Assembly: GCA_050728715.1 (NCBI GenBank)
Contig: JBOHJT010000001.1
Location: forward strand, 1 to 49,284
Direction of reading: 5' to 3'
Source: Methylocella sp.
GTDB lineage: Bacteria > Pseudomonadota > Alphaproteobacteria > Rhizobiales > Beijerinckiaceae
DNA: 49,284 nucleotides
Position numbers and translations under genes: made by a program. Below, in pieces: positions 49,283 to 49,284 of the stretch; position 1 is the stretch's first letter; each line of letters starts with the position of its first letter. The notes below the pieces were generated by a model. The model was not told where the DNA came from. It made no database searches and saw only the letters and a list, made by a program, of their open reading frames with translations.

Positions 49283-49284
49283 TC
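48498..49284 (-). repeat. 126-nt near-identical coding tandem repeats
   Basis: TCCCACAGGCG recurs at 48498, 48624, 48750, 48876, 49002, 49128 and 49254. Confidence 0.97.

Noticed and set aside
48498..49284. CRISPR array or DGR template/variable repeats
   Set aside because: The repeats are contiguous in-frame 42-codon units without spacers; no cas or reverse transcriptase gene is in the window.

Overview
Most of the window (1 to ~43.2 kb) is a GC-rich, alphaproteobacterial-type integrative mobilizable or conjugative island. Its left end lies outside the window. The backbone has a tyrosine integrase next to a tRNA-Gly 3' fragment (att core), a probable excisionase, an oriT-like region, MobC, a MOB_P-type relaxase and a VirD4/TraG coupling protein. 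No mating-pore genes are visible. Several small operons point toward the oriT, each behind a long hairpin, and one encodes an orphan DNA methyltransferase. The cargo includes a defence cluster: an EcoKI-like type I RM system, an Hna-like helicase-nuclease, and an XRE + ImmA/IrrE (CapH/CapP-like) pair divergent from a Ubl / E2 / JAB-E1 / DUF6527 ubiquitin-like conjugation operon. It also includes an unusual NitT/TauT ABC cassette with a signal-less binding-protein paralog fused to TM helices, flanked by a ~320-bp direct repeat, plus intact and broken toxin-antitoxin modules and an acr3 pseudogene. Right of the att core are a Fic gene with an operator-like array, a second att-like tRNA-Pro fragment, IS5 remnants, a decayed IS256 with a 9-bp TSD, and the 3' end of a WD40 gene with near-identical 126-nt repeats. 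All family assignments come from motif recognition by eye; no searches were run.
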